Positions 56,095-64,000 of a DNA stretch of 64,000 bases are shown one piece after another. A program made the position numbers and the translations under genes. The number at the start of each line of letters is the position of its first letter. The stretch's first letter is position 1. The notes beneath the pieces are model-generated. The model saw nothing but the letters and a program-made list of their open reading frames with translations. It searched no databases and was not told the DNA's origin. The DNA lies in assembly GCA_963772565.1 (NCBI GenBank), contig CAVYXU010000076.1, positions 84,799-148,798 on the forward strand, read 5' to 3'. Source of the stretch: an uncultured Chloroflexia bacterium. Its GTDB lineage: Bacteria; Chloroflexota; Limnocylindria; Limnocylindrales; CSP1-4.

Positions 56095-57674
56095 CAGCCG
56101 GCCCGCCGCATCGCGAGCCGGTCCACGGGCGATCGGAACCGGGCAGCCTCGTCGAGATGGGCCGATGACACGACCGATGCCCCCTCGAGATCCGCGATCG
56201 TCCGGGCAACGCGAAGCAGTCGCTCGGTTCCCCGGCCCGACAGGCCTTCCATGTCCGCCAGGCGCACGGCTCGCGACCTCGCCTCGCGGTCGAGCCCGCA
56301 GATGGCATGCAGCTCGCGTCCGCGGATGCCCGCATTCGCGCGATCGCCGGTCCGAAGCCGCTGCCGCTCACGGGCTGCCGAGATGCGCCCCGCAACCACC
56401 GCCGACGCCTCCGGCGCGGATGACGCGATCAGCGCCGCCGGCGGCACCCGGTCCACCGTCACCCACAGGTCGACGCGATCCCGCAACGGCCCCGACACGC
56501 GACGCAGGTAACGCTCCGGGACCCGCGGCGGGCAGGAACACGCACGGTCCACTGCCCCGTACTGGCCGCACGGGCAGGGGTTCATCGCCGCCACGAACGT
56601 GAACCGCGCCGGAAACGTCTCGGCGCGACCGACGCGGACGACGCTGATGCTCCCGTCCTCGAGCGGCTGGCGCAGGGCCTCCAGCACGTCCCGGCCGAAC
56701 TCCGGGAGCTCGTCGCAGAACAGGACTCCGTGATCCGCCAATGTCACCTCGCCGGGCGACATCCGGGGGCCGCCACCGACCATGCCCGCGTACGAGATCG
56801 TGTGATGCGGCATTCGGACCGGCGGACGGCGGACGAGCGAGGCCAGGGGCCGGGCGGCGGCAACGGACGCGATCGCCGACGCCGACAAGGCCGCCTCGGG
56901 TCCAAGGTCAGGCAGGAGGCCCGGGATCGTCCGGGCCAGCAGCGTCTTGCCCGACCCTGGCGGGCCCATCAGCAGCAGCGCATGACCGCCGGCCAGCGCG
57001 ATCTCGAGCGCGCGACGGGCGGCCGCCTGCCCTCGCACCTCCGCCAGGTCAACCGTCGCGCTCGGTGGCGAAGCCGCAGGAAACGGATCCGGGACCGTCT
57101 GGGGGCCCGAGGCAACGCCGGTTCGCGGCAGGGGGCCCGGAACCGGGCGGCGGGAGCGCCGGCCGCGGATCGCGGCCGCGGCGTCGGCGATGGTCTCCAC
57201 CTCCACCGGTTCGATCCCCGGCGCGAGGCGGGCCTCGGTCGCCGCATCCACGGGCACCACGACTCGTGTGACGCCCTGGCGTGCCAGCGCGATGCACATC
57301 GGCAGGATGCCCGGCACGGGCCGGACCTCGCCGCCCAGACCGAGCTCCCCGATCAGCCCGACGCGACCGGGTCCCGCACGGAGCTGCTCCGACCCGAGCA
57401 GGATGCCCAGCGCGATCGCCACGTCCAGGGACGCGCCGCCCTTGCGCAGCTCAGCGGGGGCAAGGTTGACCGTGATCCGACGAGGCGGGTGGTGGAAACC
57501 AGCGTTCCTCAGCGCGCCGCGAACCCGCTCGCGCGCCTCCGAGAGCGCTGCGTCCGGAAGGCCGACGATCGTGAACCCGGGCAGGCCCGGCGCGACGTCG
57601 ACCTCGACCCTGACGACCCGGCCGATGATCCCGTGCAGCGTCGCGGAGAGAAGGGTGGCAAGCACGAAGGGCAC
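56094..57674 (-). CDS. comM: YifB/ComM family Mg-chelatase-like ATPase
   Basis: N-terminal Lon-protease-like domain (VEVDVAPGLPGFTIVGLPDAALSEARERVR), Walker A LLMGPPGSGKT, FCDELPEF, NPCPCG Zn motif, and a C-terminal Mg_chelatase_C region. GTG start. Confidence 0.92.
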   Translation of the reverse strand: MPFVLATLLSATLHGIIGRVVRVEVDVAPGLPGFTIVGLPDAALSEARERVRGALRNAGFHHPPRRITVNLAPAELRKGGASLDVAIALGILLGSEQLRAGPGRVGLIGELGLGGEVRPVPGILPMCIALARQGVTRVVVPVDAATEARLAPGIEPVEVETIADAAAAIRGRRSRRPVPGPLPRTGVASGPQTVPDPFPAASPPSATVDLAEVRGQAAARRALEIALAGGHALLLMGPPGSGKTLLARTIPGLLPDLGPEAALSASAIASVAAARPLASLVRRPPVRMPHHTISYAGMVGGGPRMSPGEVTLADHGVLFCDELPEFGRDVLEALRQPLEDGSISVVRVGRAETFPARFTFVAAMNPCPCGQYGAVDRACSCPPRVPERYLRRVSGPLRDRVDLWVTVDRVPPAALIASSAPEASAVVAGRISAARERQRLRTGDRANAGIRGRELHAICGLDREARSRAVRLADMEGLSGRGTERLLRVARTIADLEGASVVSSAHLDEAARFRSPVDRLAMRRAG

Positions 57675-57787
57675 GGTAGGCCGACGGGCTCACCGCGGGC
57701 TTATCGGCATCCACCGGAATGTGAACCGGGTCGAGCCCGTGCACGGGCGCCGCGGGCCGGCGCGAGCGCAGCGCGCCCGGAACGCCG

Positions 57788-58954
57788 CTACCGGCCGGCG
57801 ACGGGCGCCAGCTGGGGCAGGGATGCGTCCGGCTTGTCGACGGCCCGCGCAAAATCGAGCACCGAGCGGCCGAGGACGGAATCGGCCTTGTCGGCCATGA
57901 ACGGCGCCCCGGTGTTGAGCGCGGAGATCGCCCCCCGGTACTCGTTGACGATCTGGTACTCGATCGAGCGCTTGAGCGCACCCTCCGCGCTCTTCACGTT
58001 GATCCCGGTATACGCGTTGGAACGGTTGAGGACCAGCCTGAGCTTGCTCTGCTCGTACCCCAGGTGGCCGATCGTCTCGAGCACCAGCCGCACGTTCTTG
58101 AGGCACGAGAGGTCCGCGGTCATGACGGCGAAGATCGTGTCCGCGATGTCGAGGACCATCAGGTTCAGGTCGTCGAGCCGCTTGTCGATGTCCACGACCA
58201 CGTAGTCGTACATCTCGCGGAGCAGCTCCATGATCTGGTGCATGTGCTGCGCGCTGACGAGGTCGGCAGACTCCGGGGACGGCGGCGCCAGCAGGAGGTC
58301 CACCCCCGATTCGTGCGTCTGGACGATCTTGCGGATCAGGTCGGTGTCCATCGACGGGGCGCTGACGATATCGACGATGCTCTTGCGGTCGAGCCCGAGG
58401 TCGAGGAACACGCGATGGTCGCCGAACTGCAGGTTGCCGTCGACGAGGCAGACCCGTCGGCCGAGGCTCTGGAGCGCGATCGCGGCGTTGATCGCGATGG
58501 TCGTCGTACCGACCCCGCCCTTGGCCCCGTAGTACGCGTGGATCCGCCCCAGCGGCGGGCGACCGACGAGCACGTCCGTGGGCGAGAACCGGGCGACGAG
58601 GCTCTTGAGACGGGCAAGCAGCTCCGCGGGGTGGAACGGCTTGATCAGGTAGTCGTCGGCACCGGCGCGCAGCGCGCGAACACGCTGCTGCACATCTCGA
58701 TCCGCGGTGAGCATGATGATCGGGGTGTGGACACCGCTCTCGCCGGCCCGGATCTTGGCCGCGACCTCATATCCGTCGAGACCCTTGAGCGTAACGTCGA
58801 GCAGGATGACCGAGGGAACCTCGGACTCCCACAGTCGCAACGCCTCGTTTCCGTCCGCGCCGAGCACGACCTCGTACCCCTCCTGCTTGAGGGTGTACTG
58901 GAGCAGTCGCTGGACGCTCGCATCGTCGTCGACGACGAGAACTTTCCCGGCCAT
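57788..58954 (-). CDS. response-regulator receiver domain fused to a ParA/MinD-type (CpaE/TadZ-like) ATPase
   Basis: The ATG at 58954 has AGGAGA upstream. KVLVVDDD...ILLDV.L.GLDG...TPIIMLTA....RAGADDYL.KPF (REC with the phospho-acceptor Asp), then YGAKGGVGTTTIA.N.A (deviant Walker A) and VVVDID. Confidence 0.85.
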   Translation of the reverse strand: MAGKVLVVDDDASVQRLLQYTLKQEGYEVVLGADGNEALRLWESEVPSVILLDVTLKGLDGYEVAAKIRAGESGVHTPIIMLTADRDVQQRVRALRAGADDYLIKPFHPAELLARLKSLVARFSPTDVLVGRPPLGRIHAYYGAKGGVGTTTIAINAAIALQSLGRRVCLVDGNLQFGDHRVFLDLGLDRKSIVDIVSAPSMDTDLIRKIVQTHESGVDLLLAPPSPESADLVSAQHMHQIMELLREMYDYVVVDIDKRLDDLNLMVLDIADTIFAVMTADLSCLKNVRLVLETIGHLGYEQSKLRLVLNRSNAYTGINVKSAEGALKRSIEYQIVNEYRGAISALNTGAPFMADKADSVLGRSVLDFARAVDKPDASLPQLAPVAGR

Positions 58955-59025
58955 CCGATCTCCTGACACGACATCCCCCGCATTTGCCGCACCCCACGCA
59001 CGGCCGTCTCGAGATGCCTCAGCGC

Positions 59026-59031
59026 AGTATA
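59026..59031 (-). promoter_or_regulatory. candidate -10 box TATACT upstream of the receiver-ParA gene (roughly 65-nt leader)
   Basis: Minus strand reads GACCCCTATACTGCGCTGAGG, the best TATAAT-like hexamer in the 101-nt gap. The -35 is poor. Confidence 0.35.
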
Positions 59032-59055
59032 GGGGTCAGTCGCGCCGCGTCCCTG

Positions 59056-60069
59056 TCAGCCCCGACCGGACGCGAACGCCTCGCGCAGAAGGTCCGTCAC
59101 GGCGCCCTCGTAGCGCTCGGCGTCGACGCGGTGACCCTGCGTGTGATCGGCCCCTTCGATCACCAGGTGCCGGGTGCCGGCGGGCGCCGCTGCAACCAGC
59201 CGTTTCGCTTCCCGGATCGGAACCGTGCGGTCGGCATCGCCGTGGATCAGCAGCAGCGGAACGTCCTCGATCAGGGCGATCATCGCGATCGGCTGGGTTC
59301 GCCGGGGATCTCCGCCGACCCTGCGCGCCATCCGGGCGAAGGCGCGCTCGGCAACCAGGCGCCCCAGCGGGATCGCGAGCCGGCTGGCCACGACGACCGA
59401 AAGCTCCGGCGCCACCGAGTCGCCGACCACCGCGACGATCCGGGGCCGCGGCGGCGGACCGGGCGCCGCTGGCGCGTCCGGATCGATGTCGGCGGCCGCC
59501 AGCCGCCCGTCGCCCAGGACCGCGACCGCTGCGATGGCGGTCATGCCGCCCATCGAGGACCCGACGAGCGCGACGCGCGTCACGCCGCGCTCACCCAGCC
59601 AGCCGAGCGCACCCGCGACGTCCTCGACCTCGTTGAGCCCGAACGTGGTCGGGGCGTCGTCCGAGCCACCGTGGCCCCGGAAGTCCAGCCCCAGCACGCC
59701 CGCGGTCCGCCGCAGGAACGGGGCGAGGTCCAGCAGGTCCGGAGTCACCGACCCGTTGTAGCCGTGGAGCAGCAGGATCGCCTCCCGCGGGTCCGGCACC
59801 CACCGCGCGTCGTCGGGTTCGCTGTCCGGCTGCGGCTCCGCGGGGCCGGGATCGGCCGCCAGCCAGCGACCCGTGAGTCCAACGCCGTCACGCGCCCGCA
59901 GCCGGACGACCTCACCCCCGAGGGCGTCGAGGGCGGCCGTCATGCCGGCCTCCTCCGGCAACCGTCGCGGCGCGTCGGCGAGACGTCGTGCGAGGCGGTC
60001 GACGACGGGCCCCACGGCGGCGACCGCGATGACGGGCGCCGCCGGGAGCAGCAGGAGCCGCCGGATCAC
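59056..60069 (-). CDS. alpha/beta hydrolase fold protein with N-terminal membrane/signal anchor
   Basis: LLLHGYNG, nucleophile elbow GSSMGG, C-terminal LLLIHGDADRTVP ... ADH. GTG start overlaps the SPFH gene stop (GTGA). Confidence 0.75.
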   Translation of the reverse strand: MIRRLLLLPAAPVIAVAAVGPVVDRLARRLADAPRRLPEEAGMTAALDALGGEVVRLRARDGVGLTGRWLAADPGPAEPQPDSEPDDARWVPDPREAILLLHGYNGSVTPDLLDLAPFLRRTAGVLGLDFRGHGGSDDAPTTFGLNEVEDVAGALGWLGERGVTRVALVGSSMGGMTAIAAVAVLGDGRLAAADIDPDAPAAPGPPPRPRIVAVVGDSVAPELSVVVASRLAIPLGRLVAERAFARMARRVGGDPRRTQPIAMIALIEDVPLLLIHGDADRTVPIREAKRLVAAAPAGTRHLVIEGADHTQGHRVDAERYEGAVTDLLREAFASGRG

Positions 60070-60986
60070 CGGCCGCCGGGACCGGCACCGGGCATGCCGC
60101 CGCCTTCCGTCGCACCCATGCCCGCGGCCACGTACCCGCCGATCTTGTCGGCCAGCCGCGTGAACTCGGTGGGGATGACGAACTTCGTGGACGGGCTCGC
60201 GCCGAGCGCCTTGAGCGCCTCGAGGTACTGGAGCGACATCGTCCTCTCGTCGATCCCCTTGGCCGCCGCGTAGATCCGCTCCAGCGCCTGGCTGAAGCCC
60301 TCGGCGCGCAGGATTGCGGCCTGGCGCTCGCCCTCCGCCTTGAGGATCTCCGACTGCTTCTGGCCCTCGGCCACGTTGATCGCCGATTGCCGGGCACCCT
60401 CTGACTCGGTGATCACGGCGCGCCGGGTCCGCTCCGCCGACAGCTGCCGGTTCATCGCGTCCTGGACGTCGCGTGGCGGCGTGATCTCGCGGATCTCGAC
60501 GGTCGTGATCTTGCCGCCCCAGCGCTCGGTGACCTCGTCGAGCTTGGTTCGCAGGACCTCGTTGATCTGCTCGCGCTTGGACAGCACGTCGTCGAGGAGG
60601 ATGTCACCGATGACCGCGCGCAAGGTGGTCGTGGCGACGCCCTGGAGCGCACCCGCGAAGTAGGCGACATTGACCACGCTCTTGAGGGCGTCGGCGATCC
60701 GCCAGTAGATGAGGAAGTCGACGTTGATCGGGGCGTTGTCCTTGGTGATCGTCGTCTGGCTCGGCACCTCGATGAACTGCTCGCGCATGTCCACCTTCAC
60801 CGGCCGATCGATGATCGGCCACAGCCACCTGAGGCCGGGGTCCCGCACCTTGGACTCGTTCGTGCGTCCCAGCCGGAACACGACCATCCGCTCGTACTGC
60901 TGGACCACGCGGACCGAGAGATACAGGAGCACGAGCGCCACGACCACGACGAACGCGACGATCGACAGCGTGATGGCCAGGTCCAT
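60066..60986 (-). CDS. SPFH domain / band 7 (stomatin-like) protein
   Basis: N-terminal TM helix, VVQQYERMVVFRLGR, ITKDN..I.VD....WRI.D, LR..IG...LD..LS.RE.IN, EIR.I..P, then an Ala/Glu-rich coiled coil (AEGERQAAILRAEG). Confidence 0.9.
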   Translation of the reverse strand: MDLAITLSIVAFVVVVALVLLYLSVRVVQQYERMVVFRLGRTNESKVRDPGLRWLWPIIDRPVKVDMREQFIEVPSQTTITKDNAPINVDFLIYWRIADALKSVVNVAYFAGALQGVATTTLRAVIGDILLDDVLSKREQINEVLRTKLDEVTERWGGKITTVEIREITPPRDVQDAMNRQLSAERTRRAVITESEGARQSAINVAEGQKQSEILKAEGERQAAILRAEGFSQALERIYAAAKGIDERTMSLQYLEALKALGASPSTKFVIPTEFTRLADKIGGYVAAGMGATEGGGMPGAGPGGR

Positions 60987-61001
60987 TGGTGCCTCCGGGT
61001 G

Positions 61002-62390
61002 CTAGAGCCGGTCGGCGGACGCGGGCGCCGCCGGCGATGTTGATGGCTGCTCGAGGTCGAGCTCGATGATGGCGGTCAGGCCCTCGAACCTGACCAGGCG
61101 GACGGGCGTGTCGCGGGGGAGCCAGGTGTCATCGACCGACCGCGCGCTCCACGGCTCACCGCCGAGGTACACGGTGCCCTGCGGTTCCAGGGGTGCCTGG
61201 ACCACGCCCGGCGTCCCCGCCGGCACGGGCGTCCCGACGCTGCCCGCGGGCGCGGCCATGTGCCGGCTGCGGATCGCGGCCACGGTGACCATGCCCATGA
61301 TGATCGCGGTCGTCGCGGTCGTGACCACGATCACCGGGGTGGCGACCTGGACCAGCGGCAGCGTCGGATCTGCGCCGGGCTGCGTGTATAGCGCCGACGC
61401 ACCGAGGGCGAAGCAGACGATCCCGCCCAGCGAAAGGAGGCCGTGGCTGGTGATCTGGACCTCGAGCACGAACAGCACGGCGCCGAGCCCGATCAGCAGC
61501 AGGCCTGCCACGTTGAGCGGCAGGCTGCCGAACCCGACGAACGCCAGGATCACGGCGAGCGCGCCCACGATGCCGGTCACGAAGTTCGGGTTGATGACCT
61601 CGAAGATCAGGCCGTACACGCCGATCGTGAACAGCAGGAACGCGATGTTGGGGTCCGACAGCAGGTGCAGGAACCCCTGGAGCGGGTTCATCGCCGCCTC
61701 GCGCGGCGTCGCCGCACCGAGGTCGAGCACCGTCGTGCTGCCACCGATCGTGACCTTGCGGCCGGACGCGTCGGCCAGCACGGCGTCGATGGTGTCCGCG
61801 ATGCCGTCGACGGCCCCGGCGGCGACGGCCTCGCTGGCCGCGTAGGAGGCCGCGTCGGCGACCGTCGATACGGCCCAGTCGACCGGCCGGCCGCGCGCCT
61901 CGGCGATCGCGGTGATGTTCTTGATCGCGTCGTTGCGAACCTTCAGGCCCAGCGTGCCGGGGATGTCCTCGCCGTTGCTGCCCACCGGGGAGGCCGCGCC
62001 GATGTTGGTGCCCGGCGCCATGTATGCAAGGTTTGCCGACAGCGTGATGAACGTACCGGCGCTCGCCGCGCGGCCACCGGCGGGCGACACCCACACGATC
62101 GTAGGGATGCTCGCCTCGAGCAGCGCGCCGGTGATCCGCTGGGTGGCGTCGAGGCTCCCGCCGGGCGTGTTGAGCTGGATCACGACCGCCGCAGCGCCGT
62201 CCCGCTCGGCCGTGCTGATCCCGTCGGCGAGGTATCCGGCCAGGACGTTGTCGACAACGCCGGTCGCCGGCAGCACGACGACCTCGGCCTGCGCCGCTCG
62301 CCCGGTCGTGGCGCCCACGGCAAGAGCCAGGCCCACCAGGACCAGGCTCAGCGAGAGCCGGTAACCGACGACGTGCGTTCGATCGACCAT
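61002..62390 (-). CDS. nfeD: NfeD family membrane-bound ClpP-class serine protease
   Basis: The ATG at 62390 gives a signal anchor, then VVIQLNTPGGSLDAT..I...I..S..P...WV.P.G.RAASAG.FI (ClpP-like domain), 4-5 TM helices, and a C-terminal OB/NfeD domain (GTVYLGGEPWSARS...G..VRLV...GLT..I). Immediately upstream of the SPFH gene. Confidence 0.85.
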   Translation of the reverse strand: MVDRTHVVGYRLSLSLVLVGLALAVGATTGRAAQAEVVVLPATGVVDNVLAGYLADGISTAERDGAAAVVIQLNTPGGSLDATQRITGALLEASIPTIVWVSPAGGRAASAGTFITLSANLAYMAPGTNIGAASPVGSNGEDIPGTLGLKVRNDAIKNITAIAEARGRPVDWAVSTVADAASYAASEAVAAGAVDGIADTIDAVLADASGRKVTIGGSTTVLDLGAATPREAAMNPLQGFLHLLSDPNIAFLLFTIGVYGLIFEVINPNFVTGIVGALAVILAFVGFGSLPLNVAGLLLIGLGAVLFVLEVQITSHGLLSLGGIVCFALGASALYTQPGADPTLPLVQVATPVIVVTTATTAIIMGMVTVAAIRSRHMAAPAGSVGTPVPAGTPGVVQAPLEPQGTVYLGGEPWSARSVDDTWLPRDTPVRLVRFEGLTAIIELDLEQPSTSPAAPASADRL

Positions 62391-62455
62391 TGGTTCAGGT
62401 CGAGTATCGCACCCCCCGGTTTCGTCCAGACCGTGCCGCATCGCCCGGCCGGAGG

Positions 62456-63034
62456 TCACTCCGTGAGGGCGTCGAACACCAGCCGGCTCCAGGTCTCCAT
62501 CGCGTCGCGCACCCGGGCCACCTCTCCGGTGGTGGCGAAGGTCCCGGTGAGCTTCTCGGTCTCGCGAATCGCGACCGGGCGGCCAGCGGCATCGCTCAGA
62601 TACACGATCCCGATGTGAACCGCACCCACGGCGGTGGTGTCGTCGTTGAGCAGGCCCACCGGCGTGAACGCCGGCTCGAAGTCCGCGGCCAGCTCCTCCG
62701 CCCACTCCCGGCGGAGCCCGCCGACGACGTCCCCGTCACCCGGGTTCAGGTGACCGCCGACGCCGATCGACCAGCGGTCATGGAGGCGGGCGTCACCGCC
62801 GGCCCGGGTCCTGCGCATCAGGAACCACCGCTCACCATCACGCAGCACGAGGTACGGGATCACCTGCTTGTAGGCGGGGTCGTCCTCCGCGTCCGCACGG
62901 CGGAGGAACCTGCCTTCGCGGGTAACCGTCGCCAGCGCCTCGGCAACACCGTCGCGCCGAACGCCCAGCCAGCCGGTGCCGGCAATGATCGCCTCGCGCG
63001 GCACCACCAGGACCTGCTCGTCGGGATCGCCCAT
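62456..63034 (-). CDS. NUDIX hydrolase family protein
   Basis: The ATG at 63034 is 1 nt after the tyrA stop. Nudix box GGHLNPGDGDVVGGLRREWAEEL. Confidence 0.75.
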   Translation of the reverse strand: MGDPDEQVLVVPREAIIAGTGWLGVRRDGVAEALATVTREGRFLRRADAEDDPAYKQVIPYLVLRDGERWFLMRRTRAGGDARLHDRWSIGVGGHLNPGDGDVVGGLRREWAEELAADFEPAFTPVGLLNDDTTAVGAVHIGIVYLSDAAGRPVAIRETEKLTGTFATTGEVARVRDAMETWSRLVFDALTE

Positions 63035-63035
63035 C

Positions 63036-63899
63036 TCAGCCGCCCAGCCTCGCCTTCGCTGCGGCCAGCTGCTCCCGGATGCCGTCCGGGTCGGGTCCGC
63101 CATCCGCCTCGAGCAGCTCCAGCCACTCGTCCAGCCGGTCACGGACGTCGTGCAGGCGGGCCGCGATCGAGGGTGCGTTGGTCGTCACGATCTCCGCGCC
63201 CATCGTGACGTCGCCGCGCGCGAGACGGGTCATGCCGGCCCAGCCCGAGGCTGCCAGCGCCTCGGCGACCGGCCAGTCGGGACGAGCTGGTCCCGGGCCT
63301 CCCGCCACGGCCTCGACGAGCGCGGCCGAGAGGACCAGCGGCAGGTGGCTGATGCCCGCGACCGCCGCGTCGTGGTCCCTGGCGTCCATGCGCACCGTCC
63401 GCGCCCCGCATGCGGCCGCGAGCATCTCGACACGGGCAACCGCGGGCGCATCCCCGGATGGCACGATCACCCACGGCCGGTCCCGGAACAGGGCGGCATC
63501 GCCGGCCGCGAACCCCGCCGTCTCGCGACCAGCCATCGGATGACCGCCCACGAACCGCAGCCCCAGGTCGCGGGCCTGCGTCACGATCGCGAGCTTCGTG
63601 CTGGCGACATCGGTCACGACCGCGTCGGCCGCGAGGGCCGGGCTCAACGGCCCGGCCAGGTCCCGGAGGAGGTCGAGGCAGGCGATCGGCGGCGCCGCGA
63701 GCACGACCAGGTCGGCGCCCTCGATGGCACCGGCGGCGGCGGCCGGGGCAGCATCCGCGACACCCGCGGCAAGCGCCGCCCGGGGACCGGCGCCGCTCGG
63801 CGTCCATGCCGAGATCACCCACGGCGTCCCGGACGCCTCGCGCAGGGCGCGCGCGACCGATCCCCCGATGAGCCCGAGGCCGAGGAAGGCGACACGCAT
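63036..63899 (-). CDS. tyrA: prephenate dehydrogenase
   Basis: MRVAFLGLGLIGGSVARAL (Rossmann GxGxxG), DVASTK, FVGGHPMAG, SHLPLVLSAAL. Confidence 0.85.
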   Translation of the reverse strand: MRVAFLGLGLIGGSVARALREASGTPWVISAWTPSGAGPRAALAAGVADAAPAAAAGAIEGADLVVLAAPPIACLDLLRDLAGPLSPALAADAVVTDVASTKLAIVTQARDLGLRFVGGHPMAGRETAGFAAGDAALFRDRPWVIVPSGDAPAVARVEMLAAACGARTVRMDARDHDAAVAGISHLPLVLSAALVEAVAGGPGPARPDWPVAEALAASGWAGMTRLARGDVTMGAEIVTTNAPSIAARLHDVRDRLDEWLELLEADGGPDPDGIREQLAAAKARLGG

Positions 63900-63905
63900 C
63901 CGCGG

Positions 63906-63911
63906 ATTATC
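63906..63911 (-). promoter_or_regulatory. candidate -10 box GATAAT, 6 nt upstream of the tyrA ATG (leaderless-type)
   Basis: Minus strand reads CGGCGATAAT-CCGCGG-ATG. Confidence 0.4.
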
Positions 63912-64000
63912 GCCGGGGCGGCAGGTTCCGATCAGCCGGTCCGGGCCGCCGCGTGGTTGCCGGCGCAGTCAGCCGGTCGCCCACCCCTGGCCGTCACCCC

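Noticed and set aside
63931-64000. Possible 3' end of another minus-strand gene (tcagccggtc occurs twice, at about 63931 and about 63968)
   Set aside because: Too little sequence remains before the window edge to assess a reading frame.
1-64000. CRISPR arrays, tRNA/rRNA genes, IS elements
   Set aside because: No spaced direct-repeat arrays were seen. No intergenic gap contains a T-loop-like GGTTCGA/GTTCGAATC context with a tRNA-sized partner. No transposase-like ORFs are present. A tRNAscan or CRISPR-finder run would be the formal confirmation.

Overview
High-GC window (about 70% or more by eye) that is almost entirely housekeeping. I call 57 protein-coding genes, and 53 of them are on the minus strand. 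Many are chained by 1-4 nt start/stop overlaps (GTGA, ATGA, TGATG). I saw no rRNA, tRNA, CRISPR array, transposase or phage genes.

Gene order resembles Actinomycetota-type synteny, though this is an inference and I could not run a taxonomic search. The conserved blocks are tlyA-nadK-recN-xerD, scpA-scpB-rluB...cmk, alaS...ruvX-mltG-pepP-efp, iscS-mnmA, typA, hisS-aspS, relA, murE-femX-femX-murJ, xerC, topA, and comM-dprA.

Points worth a second look:
1. An FtsA-like actin ATPase plus a single-pass baseplate-J-like membrane protein sit between alaS and ruvX-mltG. This is the best candidate for an uncharacterised module.
2. There are at least 9-10 single-base frame disruptions in the window. 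They hit the normally essential hisS and topA genes, and at least 4 cluster within about 350 bp of the baseplate-J-like gene. Consensus indel errors are the most likely cause, but gene decay cannot be excluded from sequence alone.
3. Several operon-leading genes carry a TANNNT -10 box 6-7 nt upstream of the start codon, which suggests leaderless transcripts.
4. Near-perfect tandem duplications straddle the stop codons of both aspS and hisS.
5. Two tandem FemAB-family genes lie between murE and murJ.
6. Other items are an orphan receiver-ParA/MinD (CpaE-like) ATPase, an nfeD-SPFH-hydrolase operon, and a small acidic unknown protein upstream of topA.

I did not find a clear defence, mobile or secondary-metabolite system.
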